Positions 1 through 9,228 of a stretch of 64,000 bases of DNA are shown piece by piece. Positions within the stretch are counted from its first letter, which is position 1. Each line of letters begins with the position of its first letter. Position numbers and translations under genes: made by a program. The notes under the pieces are model-generated. The model was not told where the DNA came from and did no database searches. It was given only the letters and a program-made list of their open reading frames with translations. This DNA comes from an uncultured Bacilli bacterium (GTDB taxonomy: Bacteria > Bacillota_I > Bacilli_A > RF39 > UBA660). The stretch is taken from positions 73,984-137,983 of the forward strand of contig CANQON010000002.1 of NCBI GenBank assembly GCA_947625505.1. The letters run 5' to 3'.

Positions 1-1446
1 GACTTAGATGGATTTGCTAATAATGATGTTGAAGCAGCTTCATTAGTTCCTGAAGAAAAATATTTACCTTATGAAATAAGATTAACTTTTGATAAAGATA
101 TCGTTCTTCAAAAGGAATCTAATGTTGATGTTACAACTACATTAGCACCTGAAGATGTCCAAGCATTATCTGATGCATATGGATATACTGAAAATACAGA
201 TACATTAACTACATCACAAACTGTACATGAAACAGATAATCTTCCAGTTTATAAGTATGCAGGAAAAATTAGTACACAAGTATTAAAACCTGAATCAGGA
301 TTTAATAAATTAGAAGATGGATTTATTGCTTTTGTAGTTGCACCTAAAACTATAATTCCTAATAAAACAACTATTACTATTGATAAAGCATCTAATGATG
401 GTAAGGAAAAAGTTATTACATTTGAAGACGAAGAACCTTTTGTAATCCTTCGCCGTGTTGATAAAACCAATCCTGAAATTAAATTAACAGTTGACATTGA
501 TGGAAGTGGAAATGAATATTTACCTTACTCATTCTATATTAATTATAATGATGTAGAGGTTGAACAAGTTGTTCATCAAACTATACCAGAAGAAATGGCT
601 GAAGAAGCATCTAATGGTATTCAAAGTTCATTTAATTATACTGAACCAAAGAATCAAAAAGTAACAGTTTCATATAGTAATAATACAATTACTATAACTG
701 GAACAGCTGCTAAAAATAAGACAGTTACTGGATTTGGTAAAGATGCATCTGGATACTATGTTCCATTCTCATTAAAGTTTGATAAGAGATATGAAGATAT
801 TACTATTAAAATGCCTAGAAATAGTGAAGTAGCTACTATTAAAAATTTTGATACAGATACTGAAATTGGCGTATTATTTCAAGTTCATCCAAATGGTGAT
901 GAATCTACAGCAACTATTACTGTTGATTTAGATGGAGCTAAAAATGTATATCAACCTTATAATATTACTGTTGATTATTCTCAAGTTCAGTTCTTATCAG
1001 ATGATGTTCAATTTGTAAAACTTGATGAAGCAAAAGCATCTGGCTATGAAAATTGGATGAAAAATTCTTATAATTTTGATAGCTTTAAATTAGGTACTTT
1101 TGAAGTTACACAAGAGGGAACAAATGTAACAATAACTGGAACTTCTAATAAGAACACTAATAAAAATCAAGAAGAACAATATTGGATTGCTTATTTATTA
1201 AAATTAAATAAAGATTATCCTGATATTGAAATAAAAAAACCAAATGGTGATGTTGAAAAGCATAATTCTAGTGCTTGGGACAAAGGTAGCAACAATTTAG
1301 AAATGACACTTACTGATAATGTTACTAATAAGCTTACTGAAAATACATCATATGAAATAATAGTTGATTATGATGGAGAAAATAAAGATGTTTATTTACC
1401 TGTTACATACACAATTGATTGGTCAGGAGTAACAAAATCAGAATAG
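1..1446 (+). CDS. Secreted/cell-surface repeat protein, C-terminal portion (5' end lies outside the window)
   Basis: Frame 1 has no stop from base 1 into track ORF 595..1446, so the Met at 595 is internal. There are three ~130-aa modules, each ending in a similar motif (TVDIDGSGNEYLPYSFYINY / TVDLDGAKNVYQPYNITVDY / IVDYDGENKDVYLPVTYTIDW). A terminator follows. Confidence 0.7.
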   Translation, partial: DLDGFANNDVEAASLVPEEKYLPYEIRLTFDKDIVLQKESNVDVTTTLAPEDVQALSDAYGYTENTDTLTTSQTVHETDNLPVYKYAGKISTQVLKPESGFNKLEDGFIAFVVAPKTIIPNKTTITIDKASNDGKEKVITFEDEEPFVILRRVDKTNPEIKLTVDIDGSGNEYLPYSFYINYNDVEVEQVVHQTIPEEMAEEASNGIQSSFNYTEPKNQKVTVSYSNNTITITGTAAKNKTVTGFGKDASGYYVPFSLKFDKRYEDITIKMPRNSEVATIKNFDTDTEIGVLFQVHPNGDESTATITVDLDGAKNVYQPYNITVDYSQVQFLSDDVQFVKLDEAKASGYENWMKNSYNFDSFKLGTFEVTQEGTNVTITGTSNKNTNKNQEEQYWIAYLLKLNKDYPDIEIKKPNGDVEKHNSSAWDKGSNNLEMTLTDNVTNKLTENTSYEIIVDYDGENKDVYLPVTYTIDWSGVTKSE

Positions 1447-1453
1447 TAAAATT

Positions 1454-1484
1454 AAACAATAGGTTTATTCCTATTGTTTTTTTT
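1454..1484 (+). terminator. Rho-independent terminator
   Basis: Stem AAACAATAGG / CCTATTGTTT with loop TTTATT, followed by a T-run. Confidence 0.7.
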
Positions 1485-1527
1485 GTCAATATTTGCTATA
1501 ATTATTAGCATAGAGAGGATGTTAAAT

Positions 1528-4500
1528 ATGAGGTGTTTTAAAACTTGTAGCAAGCTATTAATGGTTATGATATTATCTTTTTTTATGTCAATACCAATTA
1601 GTTTTGCTCGTGAAATGACAATTAATGATTTAGAAGAGGAGTTAGAAAAGAGAGAAGGAGACATTGAATCTGCATATATTATAGGAAATTATGTATTTAC
1701 CTCTGATTATTATGATAAGATGGATTTACCTGATTTTATGTTATCTTCTACTAGTATTGATGTCAGTGATATTAATGGTAAAGTAAAAGATGACTTTATA
1801 TACAAGGAAATGACTATTTTTCAATTAAATAGGCCAATGGATGATAATGGTGAACGTAATCAGTTAGTTCCTACTAATAATTTAGTTGGACTTACTAATT
1901 TACCTGGAACATTAAATATCAAATATATTGATTATGATTTTCTTAAAGAGTTATATAAGGTAACTTTTAATGCTGATAATGGTGAAGAAAATAAAGTTAT
2001 TAAGGTAGAAGATGGTTCAACTGTTGCTATACCAGATACACCTGTCAAAGAGGGTTTCTATTTTGATGGTTGGTATAAAGATGGTGCTAAATATGAATTT
2101 ACTACTCCAATAACTGAGGACATTACTTTAACTGCTAAGTGGTTAGAAGTCGAAGATGTAGATAATGATACAGAGGATATACTAAGTGATTTAAGTTCTG
2201 ATTATTATGAAGCAGATCGTACTGAAGGCAAGATTACTATTAATATGCTTAATGGTCGTCTTAAATTAAGTGAAGTAACTGATGAATCAAATGTTTTTGT
2301 AGCACTTACTTCTTTATTAAGTAATAAAGGTGTTAATAAAGTAACTATATCTTATCCAGGTGTTGAAGCTTTAGAATTAACTGGTAATGGTGTTGGTGAT
2401 GTTGCTACTAATACTGCTAAAACAACAAGGTGGCTACAAACTAATATGAATACTATTGCTAGTAAAACTTATGATGAAGTGTTACAAAAAGATCTAGTTG
2501 GTAAGAAATTTACTGTTACTATTGATTTAAAAGATGGTTATGTAACTAATGGTGGTGATACTAAAGTTACTTATACTATTGATTTTACAGCTGTAGTTAA
2601 ATATGATGTTACTTTTGATTATAATGATGATGGAGTAACAGATAATAAAAAAGTTCAAATATTAGAAAATGATACAATTGAATCTATTGAAAATCCAACT
2701 CGTGAACATTATGATTTTGTAGGTTGGTATAAAGGTGAAGAAAAATTTGAAGTAAATACTCCTATTGCAGAAGATATTACTTTAAAAGCTCATTGGAAAG
2801 GTAAAACTTATACAGCTACTTTTAAAGGGGAAGGAATAGATACTTCTAAGTATCCTGCTCAATCAGTTGAATATCCTAACCTTATAACTGAGCCAGATGA
2901 AGAACCAACTATGGATGGACATTCATTTACTGGTTGGTTTGTTGGTGAAATAGAATTTAACTTTAGTGAACCTTTAACTGGTAATGTTGAAATAGAAGCT
3001 GCTTGGGATGTAAATAAATATACAGTTGAATTCTTTGATGATAAAGAAACTTCAATTAGTAAAGAAACAGTTAAACATGGATCTACTTTATCTGCTCCAG
3101 AAGATGCAAATAAGAAAGGACATAACCTAACTTGGAAAAAAGATAGTACAAGTGGGGAAGATTATGATTTAAATACTCCTGTAACTGGTGAGTTAAAATT
3201 ATATGCTTCTTATGAACCTTTTAAATATACAATAAAATTTGCTGGTGATGATATTAACAATGGTGAAGAAAATGTTATACCTGATCAAGAGTTAACATAT
3301 CCTACTAAGGCTAGTAGACCTACTGAACCAAAAAGAGAAGGATATACTTTTGATAATTGGTATTTAGATAGTGAAGAAGAACCATTTGATTTCAATGAAG
3401 AAATCTTAGCTGAAGGAGATATTACTTTAACAGCTAAATGGACAGCAAATGTTTATCATGTAAAATATGAATGCGAAGATTGTAAAGGAAATTTACCATT
3501 AGATCAAGATTATACATATCCTAATAAACCATCAAAACCAACACTTAATCCTTCAAAAACAGGATATGATTTCTTATATTGGTATGATAAAGATAGTGAA
3601 GATCAAACTGAATATGATTTTGCAAATACTAAGTTATTAAAAGATTTAACTTTAGTTGCTAAATTTGATGCTCATAAACAAAATGTTAAATTTCAAGTTT
3701 GTGATCCAACTGATAAAACATGTGTAGCAGAAAGTATTACTAACGTACCTGATACTTTAAGAGTTGAATATGGTACTAAAGCAACAGAACCTACACAAAA
3801 GCCTGAGAGAGAAGGGTATGATTTCTTATATTGGTTTGATATAAATCCTCCATTTACTCAAGCTCCATTTGATTTTAACAATACTAATATAATAAGAGAT
3901 TATACATTACGTGCTAAATGGGAAAAGAAAACATATAATATAACATTTAAAGTTGATGATAATGTATTAGAAACATTAAATGGGGTACCACATGGAACAA
4001 CTATTAATGAAGCTCTTAAATCAGCTAATAAGACATTATCACCATATAAAGAGAGTTATCGTTTTGATTATTGGTACTTAGAAACTGAAGAAGATACTAC
4101 TGAATATAGTTTCTCAACGCCTGTAACAAGCAATTTAACATTAAAAGCTAAGATGATTCCACAAGTTGATATTGATAATATTGTTAGTGATATGGCATTA
4201 AAAATTAAATCAGATATTTTTGCTGCTTCATATCTTAATAGAACTTTAGTATTTGATATATCTGAAGGTGGAGATGATCATTCAGATGCTCATAATGATG
4301 ATAAAGTAAAAGATATCGTTGAAAGCGGAAATACAGGAATTGTTACTTCTATTAAAGGAGTAGTTGATAATGAAAATGTATCAAGTGTTAAGATGCATTA
4401 TGGTGAAACAGATTACGAATTTACTGGTACTGAAGAAAATATTAAGAGTAAGTTAGTTGAATTACTTACAGCTATTGCTACTACAAATGGTAGTACTTAT

Positions 4501-5664
4501 GATAATGCTACTTTAAATGAATTAATTGAAAATAATTATAGTAATAATCCATTAACTTTAACAATTACATTAAAAGATGGTGCTGAGACGGTTGAAGGAC
4601 AATCTTCTCCAGCTACTTACAATGTTAAAGTTTCTTCTGATGTATATACTGTAACTAATGAAACTGAATTAAATCTTGCTTTACAAGCTAATTACGAAAC
4701 AATTAAGATTGGTAATAGTTTTGAAGTAGAAAATCCAGTTTTGATTGGAAGATCTGTTAGTATTTTTGGTAAAGAATCTGATAATACAATAACAATTAAG
4801 AATAATGATGCCGATGCCGTTTTTGATGTTAGATATAATACTATTGCAAAAGAAACAACAGTTAATCTTAAAAATTTAACCTTAAAGGGTGGAAAAAAAG
4901 GTATTAGAGTTCCTGAAAAGTCAACTTCTTTATCAATCTACAATGTTAGTTTTGTAGATAATTCTGATATGGCTATGGAAATAAGTGGAAAGCTTCATGC
5001 TGATGGAACATTATCATATAACAAAGAGGATTATAATCATCCATTTATTCGTACATTACGTTCTAATGTTATTACTGGTGCAGTAGCTACTTCTGCTAAA
5101 GAAACTGGTAATGTTGAAGTTCATAACGCATATGTAACTTATGATTATAAGATTATAGTTCCATATGGTGGTATTAAATATACTGAAGAAGATTTCAAAA
5201 AGCACACTTGGGGCACTAATGGTTGGGAAATTGGTGAATCTTGGTGTGATGGATGTACAGGGGATAATGGCTCTTTAAAACCAGAATATTTAGCTTTAAT
5301 TGGTCAAGATAATACAGCAATGTCTGATACGCTTTCTGGAACTAGTTGGGCACATTATTATTTGAATAAGAATAATTCTCAATACTATTCAATTAACTTT
5401 ATAGATACACCATCTGCTGCTCGTACATTACGTTATGTATTATATGGTGGTGATCCAGTTGAACCAGGTGAACCACTTCCTTGGTATTCATTCAAATCTT
5501 ATGCTAAGAAAAGAACTATAGGTACAGATGATAATAAAAAGACTTATGAGTTACAAGGTTGGTCTAATGCTTCAAAGGGTCAACAAAAGGATTATGATTT
5601 TGACATCAAGGATGTTACACAAGGAAAAATTTATTATACATATTATGTTGAAGTAACAGAATAA
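1528..5664 (+). CDS. Very large secreted protein with Listeria-Bacteroides-type (Flg_new-like) repeats, two copies of an unknown module and a beta-helix-like C-terminal region
   Basis: Track ORF is 1474..5664. I prefer ATG 1528, which has GAGAGGA about 7 nt upstream and starts a signal peptide (MRCFKTCSKLLMVMILSFFMSIPISFA). Eight clear and one degenerate 65-80-aa repeats follow the pattern Y-x-V-x-F ... G-Y/H-x-F-x-G/Y-W-Y ... D-I/L-T-L-x-A-K-W. Two related ~150-aa modules lie at about nt 2155-2590 and 4165-4635. The tail is rich in Trp and Cys. Confidence 0.85.
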   Translation: MRCFKTCSKLLMVMILSFFMSIPISFAREMTINDLEEELEKREGDIESAYIIGNYVFTSDYYDKMDLPDFMLSSTSIDVSDINGKVKDDFIYKEMTIFQLNRPMDDNGERNQLVPTNNLVGLTNLPGTLNIKYIDYDFLKELYKVTFNADNGEENKVIKVEDGSTVAIPDTPVKEGFYFDGWYKDGAKYEFTTPITEDITLTAKWLEVEDVDNDTEDILSDLSSDYYEADRTEGKITINMLNGRLKLSEVTDESNVFVALTSLLSNKGVNKVTISYPGVEALELTGNGVGDVATNTAKTTRWLQTNMNTIASKTYDEVLQKDLVGKKFTVTIDLKDGYVTNGGDTKVTYTIDFTAVVKYDVTFDYNDDGVTDNKKVQILENDTIESIENPTREHYDFVGWYKGEEKFEVNTPIAEDITLKAHWKGKTYTATFKGEGIDTSKYPAQSVEYPNLITEPDEEPTMDGHSFTGWFVGEIEFNFSEPLTGNVEIEAAWDVNKYTVEFFDDKETSISKETVKHGSTLSAPEDANKKGHNLTWKKDSTSGEDYDLNTPVTGELKLYASYEPFKYTIKFAGDDINNGEENVIPDQELTYPTKASRPTEPKREGYTFDNWYLDSEEEPFDFNEEILAEGDITLTAKWTANVYHVKYECEDCKGNLPLDQDYTYPNKPSKPTLNPSKTGYDFLYWYDKDSEDQTEYDFANTKLLKDLTLVAKFDAHKQNVKFQVCDPTDKTCVAESITNVPDTLRVEYGTKATEPTQKPEREGYDFLYWFDINPPFTQAPFDFNNTNIIRDYTLRAKWEKKTYNITFKVDDNVLETLNGVPHGTTINEALKSANKTLSPYKESYRFDYWYLETEEDTTEYSFSTPVTSNLTLKAKMIPQVDIDNIVSDMALKIKSDIFAASYLNRTLVFDISEGGDDHSDAHNDDKVKDIVESGNTGIVTSIKGVVDNENVSSVKMHYGETDYEFTGTEENIKSKLVELLTAIATTNGSTYDNATLNELIENNYSNNPLTLTITLKDGAETVEGQSSPATYNVKVSSDVYTVTNETELNLALQANYETIKIGNSFEVENPVLIGRSVSIFGKESDNTITIKNNDADAVFDVRYNTIAKETTVNLKNLTLKGGKKGIRVPEKSTSLSIYNVSFVDNSDMAMEISGKLHADGTLSYNKEDYNHPFIRTLRSNVITGAVATSAKETGNVEVHNAYVTYDYKIIVPYGGIKYTEEDFKKHTWGTNGWEIGESWCDGCTGDNGSLKPEYLALIGQDNTAMSDTLSGTSWAHYYLNKNNSQYYSINFIDTPSAARTLRYVLYGGDPVEPGEPLPWYSFKSYAKKRTIGTDDNKKTYELQGWSNASKGQQKDYDFDIKDVTQGKIYYTYYVEVTE

Positions 5665-5675
5665 ATATCAATAAA

Positions 5676-5705
5676 AATAGTATGATTAATTCATACTATT
5701 TTTTG
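5676..5705 (+). terminator. Rho-independent terminator
   Basis: Stem AATAGTATGA / TCATACTATT with loop TTAAT, followed by TTTT. Confidence 0.75.
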
Positions 5706-5767
5706 TTAAATAATATTTGATATTTCTTAATTCTAATGTATAATTAAAGTATAAGGAGGATAGTTAT

Positions 5768-6013
5768 ATGAAAAAGTTATTTATATTACTTATTATTAGT
5801 TGTTTATTTTTAGTTGGATGTACACCATCTGGTGATGATGAGTCAGAAGAAGATAAAGAAGCAAGATATGAAGAACAAAGACAAGCATGCTGTTTAGATA
5901 ACAATGGGCGTTGGAATGGTACTAGTTGTTTAGATTTTGATGAAGATGGTAATAAGATTTCTAATTATTCTTTAGATGGTTATATAGGGTGTATAGAAGA
6001 AATAAAAGATTAA
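5768..6013 (+). CDS. Small Cys-rich lipoprotein (81 aa)
   Basis: Strong AAGGAGGA Shine-Dalgarno upstream. Lipobox in MKKLFILLIISCLFLVG-C. The mature part contains four further Cys residues. Confidence 0.7.
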   Translation: MKKLFILLIISCLFLVGCTPSGDDESEEDKEARYEEQRQACCLDNNGRWNGTSCLDFDEDGNKISNYSLDGYIGCIEEIKD

Positions 6014-6063
6014 TTATAGAATTATAATATTCTATATGCTATAATTATGTTTAGGAGGTTTAT

Positions 6064-6615
6064 ATGAAGAAGTTAGCAATTGTTTTATTGCTTACTTTAT
6101 TATCATTACCTATAATGGTTAATGCTGTTGTATGGGGTTCAGGTTCTTATGATAATATTAATGTTTATGTTTTTACAAATAAAGATTGTAAAAATTGTGA
6201 TAAAAAAATGGAATATTTAGAAGGACTTAAAAAAGATAATTCACGTATTACGATTAGTGAAATTAATACTGATGATAATAAAGAGTTAGTTGATGAAGTT
6301 AAGAAAGCTTTAAATATTAAGAGTAATAAATTGCCATTAGTAGTTGTTGGATCTAATTATTTTACAGGTTCTGATAAAGAGTTAAAGAGTGGAATAGATG
6401 CTTATTTAGATAAAGATGATAATTGTGATGTAGTATCAACTATAAAAAGTAATGGTGATGTAAGTAAATGTATTAAAACTAATGATGGTATATATAAACA
6501 AAAGAGTAATATTTCAATGATAAGTATTATTATAGTTATCGTTATTGCGATTGTTGTTGCGGCTGCTATCTTAGTTATTGTTAAGAAAAAGAAGAATAAA
6601 AATTGTACTTTATAG
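6064..6615 (+). CDS. Extracytoplasmic thioredoxin/glutaredoxin-fold protein with a CxxC motif, an N-terminal signal peptide and a C-terminal membrane anchor
   Basis: AGGAGG RBS. Signal peptide MKKLAIVLLLTLLSLPIMVNA. The CxxC sits in VYVFTNKDCKNCDKK, i.e. after a beta-strand as in thioredoxin folds. The C-terminus has a hydrophobic helix followed by KKKKNKN. Confidence 0.55.
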   Translation: MKKLAIVLLLTLLSLPIMVNAVVWGSGSYDNINVYVFTNKDCKNCDKKMEYLEGLKKDNSRITISEINTDDNKELVDEVKKALNIKSNKLPLVVVGSNYFTGSDKELKSGIDAYLDKDDNCDVVSTIKSNGDVSKCIKTNDGIYKQKSNISMISIIIVIVIAIVVAAAILVIVKKKKNKNCTL

Positions 6616-6653
6616 TACAGTTTTTATTATGTTATAATATTGATGGTGATGTT

Positions 6654-7775
6654 ATGATTTATTTAGATTATAGTGCGACGACACCTGTTAATGATGAAGT
6701 AATTGATAGTTATGTTAAAGCATGTAAGAGTTATATAGGTAATCCTAATTCATTACATAAGTTAGGAGTAGAGTCTAATCATTTAATAATGAGTGCTACT
6801 AAACAAATAGCTGATTTAATAGGGGTAAAGGATAGTGAAATAATATATACTAGTGGATCTAGTGAATCTAATAATTTAGCTATTAAAGGGATAGCTTTTA
6901 AATATCAAAATAGGGGTAAGCATATTATAAGTACTCCTTTAGAGCATTCTTCTATTTATGGGCCTTTAGATTATTTAGAGAGTTTAGGTTATGAGATAAG
7001 CTATGTTAAATTAAATAGTGATGGTAGTGTTGATTTAGATGATCTAAAAAGATTAATTAGAAATGATACTATTTTAGTAAGTGTTAATGCTGTTAATAGT
7101 GAGTTAGGTATTATTAATCCTATTAAAGAAATAGGAGATATTATAAAAGAATATCCTAAGTGTTATTTTCATGTTGATATGACACAAGCTATTGGTAAAG
7201 TAAAGATTAGTTTAGATAATGTTGATTTAGCTAGTTTTTCATCGCATAAGTTTTATGGAATGAAAGGTATAGGTGTTTTAGTTAAAAAAGATGGTATCGA
7301 ATTAGAACCATTAATTCATGGAGGAAAAAGTACTACTATTTATCGAAGTGGTACTCCTTGTTTACCTTTAATTGTTTCTTTAGCTAAAGCTTTAAGACTT
7401 ATTTTAAATATTAATAAAGATGATTATCTTAAAGAATTAAATAATGATTTAAGAAGTTATTTTCAAGAGTTTGATAAGGTAAGAATAAATAGTCCTAAAA
7501 AGGCCATAAGTCATATTTTAAATATAAGTGTTTTAGGAGTTAAACCTGAATCAATGTTACATGCATTAGAAAGTCATGATATCTATATTTCTACACAGAG
7601 TGCTTGTGCGAAGAGTAATAGTTTATCTAAAGCAGTATTAAGTGTTACTAATGATATGGATTGTGCGAAAAGTAGTATTAGAATAAGTTTATCTTATTTA
7701 ACAACTAAAGAGGAGATAGAGTTATTTAAAAAGGTTTTTAAAGAGTGTTATGAGGAATTAACATGCTTAAGATAG
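6654..7775 (+). CDS. Cysteine desulfurase, class V aminotransferase (NifS/IscS-like)
   Basis: Track ORF is 6603..7775. I prefer ATG 6654 (MIYLDYSATTP, the typical N-terminus; GGTGAT upstream). PLP-lysine context SSHKFYG. Active-site Cys loop STQSACAKSN. Confidence 0.85.
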   Translation: MIYLDYSATTPVNDEVIDSYVKACKSYIGNPNSLHKLGVESNHLIMSATKQIADLIGVKDSEIIYTSGSSESNNLAIKGIAFKYQNRGKHIISTPLEHSSIYGPLDYLESLGYEISYVKLNSDGSVDLDDLKRLIRNDTILVSVNAVNSELGIINPIKEIGDIIKEYPKCYFHVDMTQAIGKVKISLDNVDLASFSSHKFYGMKGIGVLVKKDGIELEPLIHGGKSTTIYRSGTPCLPLIVSLAKALRLILNINKDDYLKELNNDLRSYFQEFDKVRINSPKKAISHILNISVLGVKPESMLHALESHDIYISTQSACAKSNSLSKAVLSVTNDMDCAKSSIRISLSYLTTKEEIELFKKVFKECYEELTCLR

Positions 7776-8368
7776 ATAATTTAGAATTAAAAAGTTTTGA
7801 TTTAAATAATGAGTCTTATCATTATAATGCTTTTAAAGATGAAGAATTACCTAATTTAGATTATCCTATCGATTTTAATAATTGCTTATTTACGAATATT
7901 GATTTTACTAATAAGAATTTAGATGGATATATATTTACTGATTGTATTTTTAAAAATTGTGATTTTAGTAATGCTGATATGCATGAAGTAGGTATTCATA
8001 ATTCAACATTTGAAAGTACTAAATTAATGGGTGTTCATTTATTTGATAGCGTTATTAAAAATACTATTTTTAAGGATTCTAATTTAAATTATGCTAATGC
8101 AAATAATATTAAGATGACGAAAGTTAAGATTGCTACATCTGATTTATCACATTTATCTTTATATGATAGTGAGCTAAAAGATGTTATCTTTAATGATGTT
8201 AAATTATGTTATGCGGAAATATTTAATACACCATTAAAAGGTATGGACTTATCTAAAACAAATATTAGTAATATTAAAGTAAGTATTAATGATTTAAAAG
8301 GATGTAAAGTAAATACTAATCAAGCTATTTCTTTAGCGCACTTATTAGGAATTATTATTACGGATTAA
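7763..8368 (+). CDS. Pentapeptide-repeat protein
   Basis: Long run of A(D/N)LxX-type pentapeptides (CDFSNADMHEVGIHNSTFESTKLMGVHLFDSVIKNTIFKDSNLNYANANN...). Overlaps the upstream gene by 13 nt. Confidence 0.8.
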   Translation: MLKIDNLELKSFDLNNESYHYNAFKDEELPNLDYPIDFNNCLFTNIDFTNKNLDGYIFTDCIFKNCDFSNADMHEVGIHNSTFESTKLMGVHLFDSVIKNTIFKDSNLNYANANNIKMTKVKIATSDLSHLSLYDSELKDVIFNDVKLCYAEIFNTPLKGMDLSKTNISNIKVSINDLKGCKVNTNQAISLAHLLGIIITD

Positions 8369-8428
8369 AGTCAATAGTATTGGCTTTTTTTAGTAATTGT
8401 GGTACTATTAAAATAGCGGTGATGTAAT

Positions 8429-9217
8429 ATGGATAATAAAGAAGTAGTACCTATTATAGTTGATGGTAATTTAAATGAAGGTAAACAACCTAAAAAGGTA
8501 GTTCAAGAGAAATTACCTAAGAAAAGATTTACTTTTATGGATTTATTATTAACTTTAATTGGTATAGTATTAATTGGTTATGGTGTTTTAACAATTGTTA
8601 ATCCTCAAGAAAAGAAAGAAGAAGAAAAGAAAGAAGAAATACCTGAGCCTACTCAAAAGGTTGATGTTTCAACATATGTCTTATTTAATGTTAATGATAG
8701 TAGTAATATTTATACGGAAGATGATATTAAAGCTTTACCTAATGGTTTAGATGTTACTAGTTTATCTAATAATGCAATTTTATCTTATGCAGCTAGAAGT
8801 GCAGCATGGACATATGTAGATGGTAAATCATATATAACTGAAGAAGATTTAGATAAATCTGTTAAAAAGATATTTGGTGATATACCTTATACTAAAGCTC
8901 CTTTCTCTTATAGCAATAAGTCTATAACTTATAATAAAGAAACAAAAAGATTTTATCTATTATCAGAAAATGATAATGTATTTAATTATAAAAAATATTA
9001 TCATAAAGAAGTAATTGATAATGATACAGAATTAATGATCCAAGAGTATGTAGCTTATACTGATGATACAAAAAGTTGGACGATTAATAATGCACCATTA
9101 GATATTAAAATAGATAATACTAATATTGATGATAATTATCCAAAATTAAAGTATTATGAATATACTTTTGTTAAAGAAAATGATAGTTATATTTTAAAAA
9201 GAATAATGGTTAAATAG
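8429..9217 (+). CDS. N-terminally membrane-anchored protein of unknown function (paralog of 9229..10023)
   Basis: One TM helix (FMDLLLTLIGIVLIGYGVLTIV), a KKEEEKKEE linker, then a globular domain sharing the motifs L-x-V-x-x-x-SN, EYVAYT and Y-x-YTF with the next ORF. Confidence 0.6.
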   Translation: MDNKEVVPIIVDGNLNEGKQPKKVVQEKLPKKRFTFMDLLLTLIGIVLIGYGVLTIVNPQEKKEEEKKEEIPEPTQKVDVSTYVLFNVNDSSNIYTEDDIKALPNGLDVTSLSNNAILSYAARSAAWTYVDGKSYITEEDLDKSVKKIFGDIPYTKAPFSYSNKSITYNKETKRFYLLSENDNVFNYKKYYHKEVIDNDTELMIQEYVAYTDDTKSWTINNAPLDIKIDNTNIDDNYPKLKYYEYTFVKENDSYILKRIMVK

Positions 9218-9228
9218 GGGATGATAAG

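Noticed and set aside
249-497. Minus-strand 82-aa track ORF inside the first surface-protein gene. The same type occurs at 1452..1664, 10096..10308, 18168..18383, 18476..18697(+), 27581..27766, 30837..31034, 42284..42562, 49572..49790, 50043..50270 and 50870..51169.
   Set aside because: All lie entirely within, or antisense to, long ORFs with clear family motifs. They have no RBS and low-complexity or odd composition. This is typical of shadow ORFs in AT-rich DNA.
1474-1527. N-terminal extensions in the ORF track. These are 1474, 6603, 9998, 17167, 20571, 23443, 24829, 32034, 38231, 44923, 52916, 55100 and 57870 on the + strand, and 48726 and 59783 on the - strand.
   Set aside because: In each case an internal ATG or GTG has a properly spaced GGAGG/GGTGA-type RBS and gives the family-typical N-terminus or signal peptide. 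The upstream extension usually runs through a terminator or promoter.
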